The notes beneath the pieces were generated by a model. It searched no databases and was not told where the DNA came from. It was given only the letters and a program-made list of their open reading frames with translations. Below, piece by piece: positions 26,451 through 37,230 of a stretch of DNA of 64,000 bases. The position numbers and the translations under genes were made by a program. Position 1 is the first letter of the stretch, and every line of letters begins with the position of its first letter. This DNA comes from Lophium mytilinum (taxonomy: Eukaryota). The DNA lies in contig MU004194.1 of the NCBI GenBank assembly GCA_010093605.1, positions 68,156 through 132,155 on the forward strand, in the 5' to 3' direction.

Positions 26451-27146
26451 TCAGATAGTAAGCTCGTCAATACTGTCGATAGTATCGTCTGCCTCTCGAT
26501 CCGGGTCCAAATGTGGACATTTCGGCGGTGGTGACGACCGTCGACGAGGCGTCGCTGACGGTCTCAGACCTTTATCCAGCGCTTCTGTCTTCAGCTCTGA
26601 CTGATGTACTTCGGAACGCGGCGAGACACGACTACCCGTTCTAGGGCCGATATGGAATACGGCTGGGGCAACTGGACTGCTCGGCCTCGAGTTCTCGAGC
26701 TCTTCGAGTCGAATTCTTGCTTCAGCAGCACTTTCGGGTTGCATATGTATGACAATCAGTGGCGTGGCTCCAGCTGTACCGGTCCCATGCCCGCCCAGCT
26801 TCCGCGCCTTCGCCGCCTTTCCCTCCTTCTTCTTGGTAGGACTGAGCTTTCCAAGAGCCCCACAAAGTGCAGTGAAGCACCCGGCCTGCTTCTCCTCTTC
26901 CTCTACAGTCTCCCTGGCCGGCGCAGACGTCTCGGCGGCGCCGTTTTCATCTACTTCAACCACCTCAATGCTCACGCCCTCCGGCTCCGCGGTTGTTGGC
27001 TCCTGCTGGGAGACCCTCGCTCTACTCGTTCCAGCATTTGTGGACATCTCGTCGACCTCGTCTTCGTAAATGGAACTCGGGCTCGAGGCCGAGATGATGG
27101 GGCGCTCGGCGAAGCGGACGCTGTGCGGGGAGGAAGCGGACGGCAT
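26451..27146 (-). CDS. Orphan, largely disordered protein (~230 aa)
   Basis: Intronless ORF (MPSASSPHSVRFAERP...), S/P/E-rich, with TATAAA on the minus strand at ~27343-27348 and a pyrimidine-rich leader. An upstream in-frame ATG lies at 27173. Confidence 0.65.
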   Translation of the reverse strand: MPSASSPHSVRFAERPIISASSPSSIYEDEVDEMSTNAGTSRARVSQQEPTTAEPEGVSIEVVEVDENGAAETSAPARETVEEEEKQAGCFTALCGALGKLSPTKKKEGKAAKARKLGGHGTGTAGATPLIVIHMQPESAAEARIRLEELENSRPSSPVAPAVFHIGPRTGSRVSPRSEVHQSELKTEALDKGLRPSATPRRRSSPPPKCPHLDPDREADDTIDSIDELTI

Positions 27147-28099
27147 GTCTGGTGGTGTCGTAGTACCGTACATCGTCCTCTCGCGATGATGGAGAGTGCT
27201 TGAGATGTTGAGAGAACGAAGAGATGGTGGCGATGAGTCTTTCCCTGAAGCAAGGCCTCTATGGCGCGGTTAGGGGGAGAGGTGGCGGTGGTAGAGGTGG
27301 TTGAAGACCCAGGTTACTAGACTGAAAGAACGGTGTTGATGTTTATAGCTGTGTTATATGGGCGCTGAAGGAGTACGCCGGCCAAGTTACGATTCACTGA
27401 ACGCGTTACCTAGGGAACGGAGGTGGTAAACGGAAAGGAGCACGCTGATGACATCAGTGACATGACGCGCTTCGTGAGGAGGACTGCGTCGTGCGTGCTG
27501 CTTTTGTTGTCAGTGTCACGCGGAGCTGTAGACCGTCTAGACTCACGTGCCTACGGTGCTCGCTCGTGCAGCTGAGCGTGGTTCGAGCCATTGAATAGCG
27601 CGTAAAGAATAGAGCAAGTCAAAACTGCTTTGGCCTTTCTAGATCTGATAACGCATCGAAGAACATTGATAGATATCAAAGCTACCAATGTCGGTGGCGC
27701 GCGGAGTCTTTTGATTTACGACGTCGTAATGTTCACATCTTGTTCGGAACTCGCGAACCTCTCGAGGTGCCTGCGACAGCGCGGAGATGTAGCAGAGTTA
27801 GACCCTCGTTCAAACAGGAGGGAACTTCTCATCTTGTCAGGATCGTTATTGAAGATCCGTAACAGCTGCGTACCATGTCAGTGTCCGATCTAATATCTAG
27901 AGCAGATTGATATCCTGCAGTGATGATGATCATACGCTCTCCAAAGAACTATGGCCCTATGGAACGGCTTCAAGCAATAGTATATGTAGGGCAGCGGCCC
28001 AGTACAGCGTACAGCGCCTTACAGTTTGATTGGATTGACATGTTTTGAAGATGACGAAGCACTGTAATGGGATATTCGCTTACCATCTAAGGCATATGC

Positions 28100-28450
28100 A
28101 CCGGTCTCTAACTTTGGGAGTGCTCTATAGGCGCTTATCTCCTATAAGAGATAGGGCTTACAATTATGTATAATCTTATTGTCTCTAAGCTAGCCCTATT
28201 GTATTATACTTATCAAGGACTACCTATATTAATTTAGATACAGCTTATAATTTAAAGACGCAATATTCTTGCGGAGCAAGGGACGCTAGGTCTCTTAGGT
28301 AGTCTTTTTGGTAGATGTGATAAGGAAGAGGTTAGCACAGCTATGAATTATTTGGTGAGGCTCGCCAGGGGCATCACATGATATTGAATATTTGATAAGA
28401 TATAAGAGATGTTTCAGATTAAAGAATTGCATTCAAATCTGTACAAGAGG
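28100..28450. other. AT-rich, TpA-rich patch resembling a RIP-mutated repeat remnant
   Basis: Abrupt AT enrichment with dense TA/TAG/CTA/TAA (e.g. ttatgtataatcttatt, ctatattaatttagata) in otherwise ~50% GC sequence. Confidence 0.45.
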
Positions 28451-28589
28451 CTTCCCTTTCGCGCGACCTAAAGAAAGAGGAACTGCGGTCCCCTTTGATG
28501 TCCAAGAACGCTAATCGGTAGAAAGAGACGCAGTACTCTACCAGGATACCATTACATTCTCCTTGTACACCAGATCAGGAACTTATCGC

Positions 28590-29837
28590 TTACTTCTGCT
28601 CCTTCCCATGCGGCTCGAGTTGGACGCCCGGCTTTTTGGGTATGACCAAGTCTCGGTCGCCCCTCTTCAAAGTCTCGAGAAGATTCCCTGGTTGGTTCTT
28701 ACGAAACTTGGCAGCTTCTGCTGGTGTGATGTATTTACCCTCGGGAATACCCACGGGGCAAGTCAGGGTATATGCAGGAGAAGCTTGGAAGGCATAATCT
28801 GGGCTCCCGTCTTCGGTTCGTCGGAGTGCACCCGTGCGCGGCTGTGGTGGCGGCGGCATGGTCGGTGACCAGACGGTTCCAACAGTCCCTTTTGCTTGGG
28901 CAGCAAAAAGGGATAACTCGTAGTCGAGACTGGGGTCCGGATTCTCTTCAACAGTCTGCAGCTTGGGTGATGAAGCTTCCGGCTTGGGGTTTGACTCAGT
29001 CAGTAGCTTTGATTCCTCAACGCAGGCCTTGCAATCTTCGAAGTACTTATCGTAGACTGTTTTCTGTCCTTCAAATCTGAGGAGCAGGGTGTTGTAGTAG
29101 TCTGAGTCGAATGAAAAAGCATCTGCACAGGTATGTTCAGGTCCCAAGATATCATATTCCTCGTCCAGGATTGGACCCTCGTAAAGAGAGTCTGCGGGAT
29201 TGTCTAACGGGCCATCGATTTCCTCGCTGGTACCCTCGTCAAAATGGCCAAGGTTGTTGTCAGCGCCTTGGTCTTCTGCTGCTGCTGCAATCAACTTGCC
29301 CGCGGCATCCGCACAGATCTCACAGACGTAGAAGTCGTCAGTGTCTGTTTGCGGTGATCTGCCAGGACAATTGGCTGCGCAGCTGGATCCACACGGAATT
29401 GCATGGAAGGACTCATCATAATAAGGGTGGCCACAGTCTAAGGTGTGGAAGAACTGAAGATTCGACGGCTCGTAATCTAAGGCCAAACCGTGTTCCGTAA
29501 GTCCAGAAGTGGCCTCAATATCTATCTTGGAGAGGTATTCTAGGTCCTCGGGAGCGACACCGAGAGCGAACTGGGAGGCGTAGTCTACGAGCTCATCTGA
29601 GGATCTGTCGAAGTTCGATGTATCATCATCCGTGGCCAAACCACCTTCCACAGTTTCCGAAGCAGCTTTGAGAGCCAAGTCCGTTAGGCTGTCCGCAATC
29701 TCATCCACAGGCCCACCTATGTTCATTCTGTCCACCTGGTCGGTGAAATCTTCCATGTTGGGAGAGAACTCGGAATGATCTTTGGAGTTGACTGATGGGC
29801 CAGAAGATGAGGAAGACGAGGTGCGATTTGGGTTCAT
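28590..29837 (-). CDS. Acidic orphan protein (415 aa) with one Cys/His putative zinc-binding module
   Basis: Long intronless ORF with a TATA (ctatataaa, minus strand, ~30022-30030). Contains HTLDCGHPYYDESFHAIPCGSSCAANC...FYVCEIC. Confidence 0.8.
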   Translation of the reverse strand: MNPNRTSSSSSSGPSVNSKDHSEFSPNMEDFTDQVDRMNIGGPVDEIADSLTDLALKAASETVEGGLATDDDTSNFDRSSDELVDYASQFALGVAPEDLEYLSKIDIEATSGLTEHGLALDYEPSNLQFFHTLDCGHPYYDESFHAIPCGSSCAANCPGRSPQTDTDDFYVCEICADAAGKLIAAAAEDQGADNNLGHFDEGTSEEIDGPLDNPADSLYEGPILDEEYDILGPEHTCADAFSFDSDYYNTLLLRFEGQKTVYDKYFEDCKACVEESKLLTESNPKPEASSPKLQTVEENPDPSLDYELSLFAAQAKGTVGTVWSPTMPPPPQPRTGALRRTEDGSPDYAFQASPAYTLTCPVGIPEGKYITPAEAAKFRKNQPGNLLETLKRGDRDLVIPKKPGVQLEPHGKEQK

Positions 29838-30772
29838 TTTGTACAGATTCGGTGCTGAGAGGATGCGGGGTGGTGGCCGCTTCAGTTGTTGAGAAGTTGG
29901 TGAGGAGGAAGTGCTTTATGGGATTGGTGTTTGTTGTGGTGGTCGGAAAGCTGGTGTGTGGTGGTTGCTTTATGGGATCAGTGGTGTTGTGGTAAAAACG
30001 TAAGAGGAGAAAAATAGGTGGTTTATATAGTAGAGGTGTGCGTTGTCTACATTCACTGTAACCCGTCCAGGGAGGAATCCGTGAGGTGGCCCTGCTCGTG
30101 CCAAAGTTACAGACCGCGCCTCCGCAGTGGTGAATTTCCTGGCCTTGAGTGTCCGGCTGCATGTTTCATTGCCTCTTTCGGTGATTTCTTGGGGTGCCTC
30201 CATGGGTTTCCAGAGCTTCGAACACGACGTCAAGGGGGGTACAGTGGAAAGCGGGCTTCCTTTTGACTGATCAGCTATCTGCTCGTCAGGCCACTCCTCA
30301 CGGTAGTGTCCAATAAGCAAGAATAGAGTGCGAACAGTATGATATCCGTGTGCTCAAAGCTATGGTCCCGTGCCGTAGCGGAAATATAACGCAAAGGTTG
30401 ATACACTGAATATTAGGTTGCTTCATAGCTGGATGGATGCTTACTAGTCGAGCTACCCCTTACAGTGGTATCCAGTTAGCAAGATTAAAGTCCGTACAAG
30501 CTTAAAGCCGTGTATTCTGTGTTATGATCCAGTGCTGCACATAAACAAGTTAGTACTTTTGAGTCAAATGAAGAAACGATGTAGAACTGAGAGTCGGGTC
30601 ACGGAGGAAAGTAATAACACAATAAGGGAAAGTAGGATCTTGTATTTGATTCCTTGTGAAGGCTTTACTGATTGTAATGCCCGTACAGGAACAGCAACTA
30701 GGCGGTCAAGTAAGAGAATTGTCTTTACCACCTCGAAGACATAGCATCTATCGCCAAGCGAACATCTACGCA

Positions 30773-31675
30773 CTAGATGCCCATCGTTTCCACCCCCGCT
30801 AGCGCGCGTTCCATCTCGTACATGCACGTATTGCATTCGAATCTGCCGGCTGGTCGGGTGTTTGCAAGGGGGATGTTGCCACAGCGAGCACTGCAGTTCT
30901 CGCAACAATTTGTCAACACATGCGTAATTATCTGGTGCCCGCATTGGAGAAGATGGCTCTCAGACACCGCGTAGGAAGCCCGTGACTGACCTCCGACAGA
31001 AATTGCTCCGAAATTTTGTGCCATCTCTTCCATTGTGATATCTTGGGGGGAGAAGTACACACAGTTGCGTGGCGTACGGTAGCCATGAACGGGGTCGATC
31101 GGAGTACCAGTAGCAAGGCATGCTGAGCACTCGAACACTCCGTCACAATCTGTGTTCGGGCCCGCACAGTTGCAAGCACAGCTAGCAGGATCGCCAGGTG
31201 GGACCTTCACTGTGTGTCCACACTCAAGGATGTGGTAAGGGGAAGGCACGCCATGGTGGATGTGTAGGCAGGGAAGGATGCGTCCAGCAAGCAAGGTCGT
31301 CCGGGTGTTTGACATCGGTGATTCTTGGAGCTTCAAGATCGTCGCCTCTTCGTACTTGAAGCAATGTCGCATGACAAGCTTTTGCATCCGCAAACTGACG
31401 TTGCGCAGAACGTAAGCGTGCGTAGATCCTCCTCCTTCTTCCACACATTTTTTGCACAGGAATTCTTCGTCCGCGAGCTTCGTAGAAATTTGATCACGCT
31501 CAGAGGTCGGCTGAGGTGCCATTGCGGGCATAAGGCAGTTGCTGGCGCATGGCTCGACCGTCGGTGTGGCGACGATGTGTTTGCAAAATAGCTGGTGGAA
31601 GTGGGTGTTGTCGCAGCATTCGACTGGGCTTCGTAGGCGATACGTGGCCCAGAAAGACGTCGGCGTGTTTTCCAT
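30773..31675 (-). CDS. Cys/His-rich orphan protein (300 aa) with three tandem putative zinc-binding modules
   Basis: Intronless ORF with three copies of HxLxC[GK]H-x9-11-CxxNC-x9-26-FxCxxC. Confidence 0.8.
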   Translation of the reverse strand: MENTPTSFWATYRLRSPVECCDNTHFHQLFCKHIVATPTVEPCASNCLMPAMAPQPTSERDQISTKLADEEFLCKKCVEEGGGSTHAYVLRNVSLRMQKLVMRHCFKYEEATILKLQESPMSNTRTTLLAGRILPCLHIHHGVPSPYHILECGHTVKVPPGDPASCACNCAGPNTDCDGVFECSACLATGTPIDPVHGYRTPRNCVYFSPQDITMEEMAQNFGAISVGGQSRASYAVSESHLLQCGHQIITHVLTNCCENCSARCGNIPLANTRPAGRFECNTCMYEMERALAGVETMGI

Positions 31676-33163
31676 TGTGTAGGGCTATGAGAAGGGGTGG
31701 TGGTATGAAGGCGAGAGAAGATGAAACAAAGTGAAAACCAGAAGGACTGCCACGAGTAGGTCGTCTATAAGTACGAAGAAGTGACAGACCGTTCCTGCCT
31801 GGAAGCGACAAATTGTACGCCAATGCTGGTGGAAGTTTCTAGTGAAGTTCTGGGGTGAAGGCGAAGAAGTGATTGACGGCTAGAACCTAAAATTCTGCGC
31901 AGTGAGCGTGAAATTCTACCCAGTGAAGGTAAACCCTTTCATAACGAAAGGCAGACCTGCTACTGAGGCTTGTTCAAAGCATCTGCTTTGAAGAGCTGAA
32001 ATATGTGATTGAAAGCGATGGGTAATGTAATACGACATCTTTTACAAGGTCTTCAATGAGTGCTGCCTAAGGCAGTGCCTCGGTGACTTCAATGATTGAT
32101 CGGTTATTTGGAAGCTGGCCTACTCTTAGAAGCGGTGATTGAATGCTACTATAGCAAGGGTGTAGTTGTTTAATCTAGTTAAAACCAACTTAAATTCTGG
32201 CTCCAGGCTGGCACCGTCTGTGGCGCTACAACGATCTCGTGAGAACTAGAATAAGATGTAACAAACATCACGGCGTAATTCAAGATCGGAGAGAGATCAG
32301 TGTGCGATATGCCCATAAAGAAGGTAGTTTTCCAACCTAGATAGATCGGAATGTGATTGTGCCTCCTTGACGGCGCCGTTTGAGGTACTCCGACTATCTA
32401 GAAAAGTCGTAAGGAGACTTTAGAGATCTAGGCGTGTAATTCAACCTTATGAAAGCATAGTACTCGCAGAAGGCGGACAACGTCCATGATGTCCGATCCT
32501 CCGTAGACGATCTCCAGGGAAGCACATGTTGATGATGACTGCGCGTCTAGACCGCGAGGATGTCCAATCTAAGATGATCAAGCTTCGGAGCGTCGTAGAG
32601 GCCGAAGCTCGAGATGTTGGAGGTCAGGCTTCATGGTGTTGCTGTCGTCGGACATGCCACATGGAAATATTCGTATCTCTTCCCCCGAGGGACCCAATAC
32701 GAAGGACGCCATCGGCATACCACCGTGGGGTAGCCAGACGTCACGGCTGTATCCTGGCTACGATCTCCCCGATGAGCAATCCTCCCGTCCCAAGTGCGGT
32801 GTGGAAAAGCCTCGTAACGCCGTCGGGCGTCGTTTCTTTCGACGTCCGCGATGCCGACTGGCCCATGGAGCAGACGAAGCTGTATGTTTGGCCCCTGTTT
32901 CCGCGAGAGTTGGTGCAAGTGGATGTACATCATTACATCCAGAAGCCATGGGTTGGATAAGCCGTCGACCCCTCGTGGGAAGCCTAACACCTAGACCTGC
33001 GGAATATAGCAAGACGCCGACGCCTCTATATAAATACCCAAATCCTCAAGAGCTTACTTTCTATCACCAAACCTACCTCACAAACTCCAATTGACCAAAC
33101 CAACTCAACTCAAAGCAAGACATCTCGGTCAACTACTCAACTTCCCTTCCCCTCACAACCAAA

Positions 33164-33721
33164 ATGGCAAACACCACAGACGAGCAAGCCGCCATGCAAG
33201 CAATGGAGATGCCCCGCGTCCCCGTCAACCTCGTCACCGCAACCCAAGGCGAGATCCTCAAGCTCGGCCACATAACCTGCCGCATCCAAGAAGACGGTTC
33301 CCGCACAGGTACCACCCCCATCCTCCCTCCTCCCCTCCCACCACTAACACTCCCAGACAACCGCATCGGCTCCGCAACCTTCACCCTGCCCCCCCGCACC
33401 GCCGGCCCGCCCGCCCACTGGCACGAAATGCACGACGAGACCTTCCTCGTCACCAAAGGCGTCGTGCGCTTCCACGCCCCAGACGGCGCGGTCATCGACG
33501 CGGGCGTCGGCGACTACGTGACCGTGCCCATCCGCGCGCCGCACACCTTCTCGAACCCGTTTGACGAGGAGGCCGAGTTCTTCAATACTTATACGCCCGC
33601 GTTTTATATTAACTATTTTAAGATGCTGGCGAAGATGCAGGAGGGCGAGCAGAAGATGAGTGCGGAGAAGAATTTGCAGGCTATGGCGCATTTTGCGACG
33701 ATGCCGGCGAAGGGGATGTAG
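33164..33721 (+). CDS. RmlC-like cupin-domain protein
   Basis: Cupin metal motifs GPPAHWHEMHDETF and VPIRAPHTFSNP; TATA (ctatataaat) at ~33026. Confidence 0.92.
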   Translation: MANTTDEQAAMQAMEMPRVPVNLVTATQGEILKLGHITCRIQEDGSRTGTTPILPPPLPPLTLPDNRIGSATFTLPPRTAGPPAHWHEMHDETFLVTKGVVRFHAPDGAVIDAGVGDYVTVPIRAPHTFSNPFDEEAEFFNTYTPAFYINYFKMLAKMQEGEQKMSAEKNLQAMAHFATMPAKGM

Positions 33722-34300
33722 GAGGTGAGAGGGAATACTGAGGGGAGGGGTGTGGGGAGGGTTTGAGGAGGGGGCGGATCGAGAGGTTCTTGCTGAGGTT
33801 TTATGGAATGGCTGTGTTGTGTACCGGTAGGAGCATGGACAGCTTCAGGGTTAGTAACGTGGAATTTCTTATGAAGCGTGTAGTTATGGGCGAACGTGAG
33901 ACATGAAACTCCTCTCTTAAAAGCTATCATTAGTGCATTTGTTTATTTGTTTATCCGCTTCAAATTCTGTCCGAATACATGTAACCTGTGGCTGTGATCA
34001 TACGACCGGAATCTTTACGTCTTCCAGATCCCCAGGCATGTCAGGGGGAATACTCATTGTTGAACATCCGGCGAATCTGTCACCCAATGGAAGTCACATG
34101 ATATCGTGGACCCTGAAATGCTCAAGATTGATGAAATATATCCTCATACATATTAATATGCCACTAGCTAGGGAGCGACGTCCCAATCATTCAACTCCAT
34201 AATCATAGACAGGTATCATATCCAAAAAGCCCAACCAACCATCGCGTATCCAAAACCAACCCTAAACTCCATATCCCGCCTTTCTTCCCTCCTCACTGCA

Positions 34301-34938
34301 TTACAGATACCCATTCCACGCCACAACCGCCACCACAAATGCCACACATATCACAACCCCGACCACAATCACCCGAGCAACCCACTCCTCAACCGTCATG
34401 CTCAAGCTCCCAACCTCCTCCCCATACACCATCATCGCTGTCTCTTCGTCCGGCTGCTGGTGCTGCGCCGCATAGTACGCGGGCGGAATCCGCGAGATGA
34501 GTGTATTGGGATACGACGCAGCCACCGACGCGTGGTAGCTAGGCGGGGCGTCGTCGGATGAAGGGTGCGGGTTGCTATAGTCAAGAGAGGGGGTGTCCTG
34601 GTATGGGGGGAGAGGGAGCCGAGCAGGCGGGTCATCGTGGTACTTTGGGGGCGGGAGATGCGTGGCTTGGTGGATGTTCAAAGTGGTGGGATCGTCTGTG
34701 TATGGTTCGTGTTCATGGCGGTGTTGGTGGTACTCGTGTTGGGAGTCTGTGAACGGCTCGTACTCTGGGGGAGTGGACTATTGGGGGGTGTTAGTGGGAG
34801 TTTGTGGCTCGATGGAAAGTTGGGAGGGTATTTTAGTATGCAGGGAAAGTTTGAGGAACTAAGGCAACGTGAACGGAACGTGTTTGCCACGAGGTGGGAG
34901 TTCGAGAAGGCGGGACAGAGTCGGGAGGATTGACGCAT
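34301..34938 (-). CDS. Small tail-anchored membrane protein with multiple PPxY motifs (5' exon uncertain)
   Basis: The frame is open upstream to an acceptor (CTAAC...AATAG, ~34779): STPPEYEPFTD...PPPKY...LPPY...PPSY...PPAY, followed by the C-terminal TM VIVVGVVICVAFVVAVVAW. Confidence 0.6.
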
Positions 34939-35887
34939 GAGAGGGTGTGGCTGGAACTGAGGCGCGGGAATGGGAGGATAATTACCGGACTCGACAGGGA
35001 ACTCATGGCGCCGCGTGATGACCTCCTTTTCTTCTTCTCAGGGCGCAACGTGCCGTTGTTGCGAATTCAGAGCTCACGGCGGGTATGGGAAGAGGAGCTC
35101 AGGAGAAGAAGCCCAGACAGCGAGACGGGAGTCGCAGCATGACAGCTCCACGCAGGAGCTCTCCATTATCATGATTGCGACCTGTGCCTTATCTGCCGGA
35201 TAGATTTGATGGAGGCTGGGGGCGATAGAGCTCCTCCGGAAAGGAACGATTCGCTACGATAGTGGCTGGAAGGAGGTGGCACAGCGGTGGCTGGGAGCTC
35301 GGTAAGGTTGGGGCCGGGCTCCACCCCCATGCTATCTCCGCCTCTTCTCTCTTCTCCAGATTGAGCATCAGATTCCTTAAATAAACACTGGCTTTCCGAC
35401 GTCTGTGGGAGATCAGTCAGTGCAAAGCCGCCGTGCCGCTCCCGCACTCCCTCCCGCCAACCGACAACCACGAGGTGCCACCAGAGCTGCAGCATGGCCC
35501 CCATGCATGGATAACGGGTCCCATGAAACATCAGGGCTCCATTCCGCCCTCAACGGACATTTGTGAACCTTGATCCCGCAGCAGCGCCGTCGACTGGCTG
35601 CGGGAGGCGCCAACAACGCACTGTACCACCGTCCACGACCCACAGGGAATGACGATCAACTCGCATAGGCAGTATGACTAGCGATAAGGTTTTTGTCGGA
35701 CACTGGAGAAGATGACTGCCTTGAAGCACTCTCTATGCCCAGCAGAGTTAATCTCGCCCGTTGGGCAATGAATTCAAGTTCAACATAGAGCGCCCAGAGT
35801 CTCATAAAATACCCAGATGTATAATTCTACGCCGTTCCAATCGTCAATGTTGCAACCAAACCGGCAGCTCCTTGCAACCCGAAAGGC

Positions 35888-37230
35888 TCATTGCCGTATC
35901 CTGTCCTCGGATGTGACATGGACGTCCACGACTTTCGTGATCTGGCCTGCAGGGTGCTCCAACGACCAGGGATCCCGTCCGGCACCATCCTCACCGTCTG
36001 AGCGGGAAGACACAGTCGGGACCATTTCGAAGTTATCGTTCGATGCAGCGGCTGAGCTTGTATCACGTTGCCCCGCAGCAGGCACCTGCGTCGACATGAT
36101 CTGGCTCTCTTCGTCAAATGGCTCAGTCCCGGAACGGGTTGTGCGGCTCGATTTGAAATATTTCCGCTGATTGCTGGATCTTGACTGCGAGGACCTGTGG
36201 ATAGAGAGTCGGACGGCCTGCGCGGCTTGACGCATTAAAGGCCTCAATGTGGCGAGCGATCCCGCTGCGATTCCTGCTCCCGCTTCGACTGTTGCGTAGA
36301 TGGCAACGTATGATGCGTTTGCTGTGTTTGTTAGTACATATCAATATCCAGATCTGATCAGGTAGTGTTGTATTACCAAAGAAGTCCGGGCCGAATATGA
36401 TTCCCTTCATGTAGATTATCCGAAGTATGCTTCCCACGCTCCCACTGCGCTTTCTGTTAGCTTCATTGTCCAACCATTGTCCCAACGGTGAGGACAAACT
36501 TACACAGCGCCCAAAGCCATGATTATCCCGACGGAGAACTTCGTCTTGCGGTCCATATTTGCGGTACTGAGCATGACTAGCGGAATTAAGACGAAGGTCC
36601 AGTCGGCGACAGTATTTATGCTCGAATAGAGGTATCCAGCTGTGAGAAGGAAAGCATCGGGAAGGCATGTGTCAGTAATGACATGGATGAACAAGTCTTT
36701 AGGATCTTTGCACTGAAAGATAACCACAAAGACGTATAGGCATCCGTACACGGATGAAATGGCCAGTATGACATAGAATGTCCGCCGTTGCCAGATTTTC
36801 GTGAGGATTCGAAGGAAGAAGAGTCCCAGTGCGATCTTCAGTGCTGTGGTCGCTAAGACGTAAAAGCTTTCGGCGAGTAGAACATACTGCGAGCATGTTA
36901 GCAATAGGATGGGCTAAGTTTAGTGGCAGCACTTACATTTATTGTTTTGACAACCTTGGAGGATACTGGGAGATGATCAAATCCTCCATTGTAGATAATA
37001 AGTAGAATGAATGTAGAATAGCATGTGAATAAGACCTTTCAGAGTCAGTCAATTTCTATTAGCGGTATATAGACAGCAAAACGAACCAGAGATAGTAGCA
37101 TGAAGCCATCATCCCAACCAAGAGATTTTGTCATCCGCCCTCTGACCCAAAAGCGAAGTGAAACGGTGAGCCATGCTAGAATAAGAAGAACTATAGTGAG
37201 AATCGTTTCAACACGACCCAGGAGCGACAT
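35888..37230 (-). CDS. PTH11-like / fungal rhodopsin-domain integral membrane protein (no CFEM), multi-exon
   Basis: VSLRFWVR...LGWDDGFM, LKIALGLFFLRI, FQCKDP, DWTFVLIP, TKFSVGIIMALG and IAATLRPL are hallmarks of the family. Confidence 0.9.

Noticed and set aside
27540..27600. GGTTCGAGCC T-loop-like sequence (possible tRNA)
   Set aside because: No acceptor, D or anticodon stems could be built around it.
18450..32500. Starship or other intact transposon
   Set aside because: No DUF3435 recombinase, transposase, RT, TIR/LTR or target-site duplication was recognisable.
32526..32960. 144-aa + strand ORF upstream of the cupin
   Set aside because: It overlaps the cupin promoter region, has equally long ORFs in other frames and no motif; unsupported.
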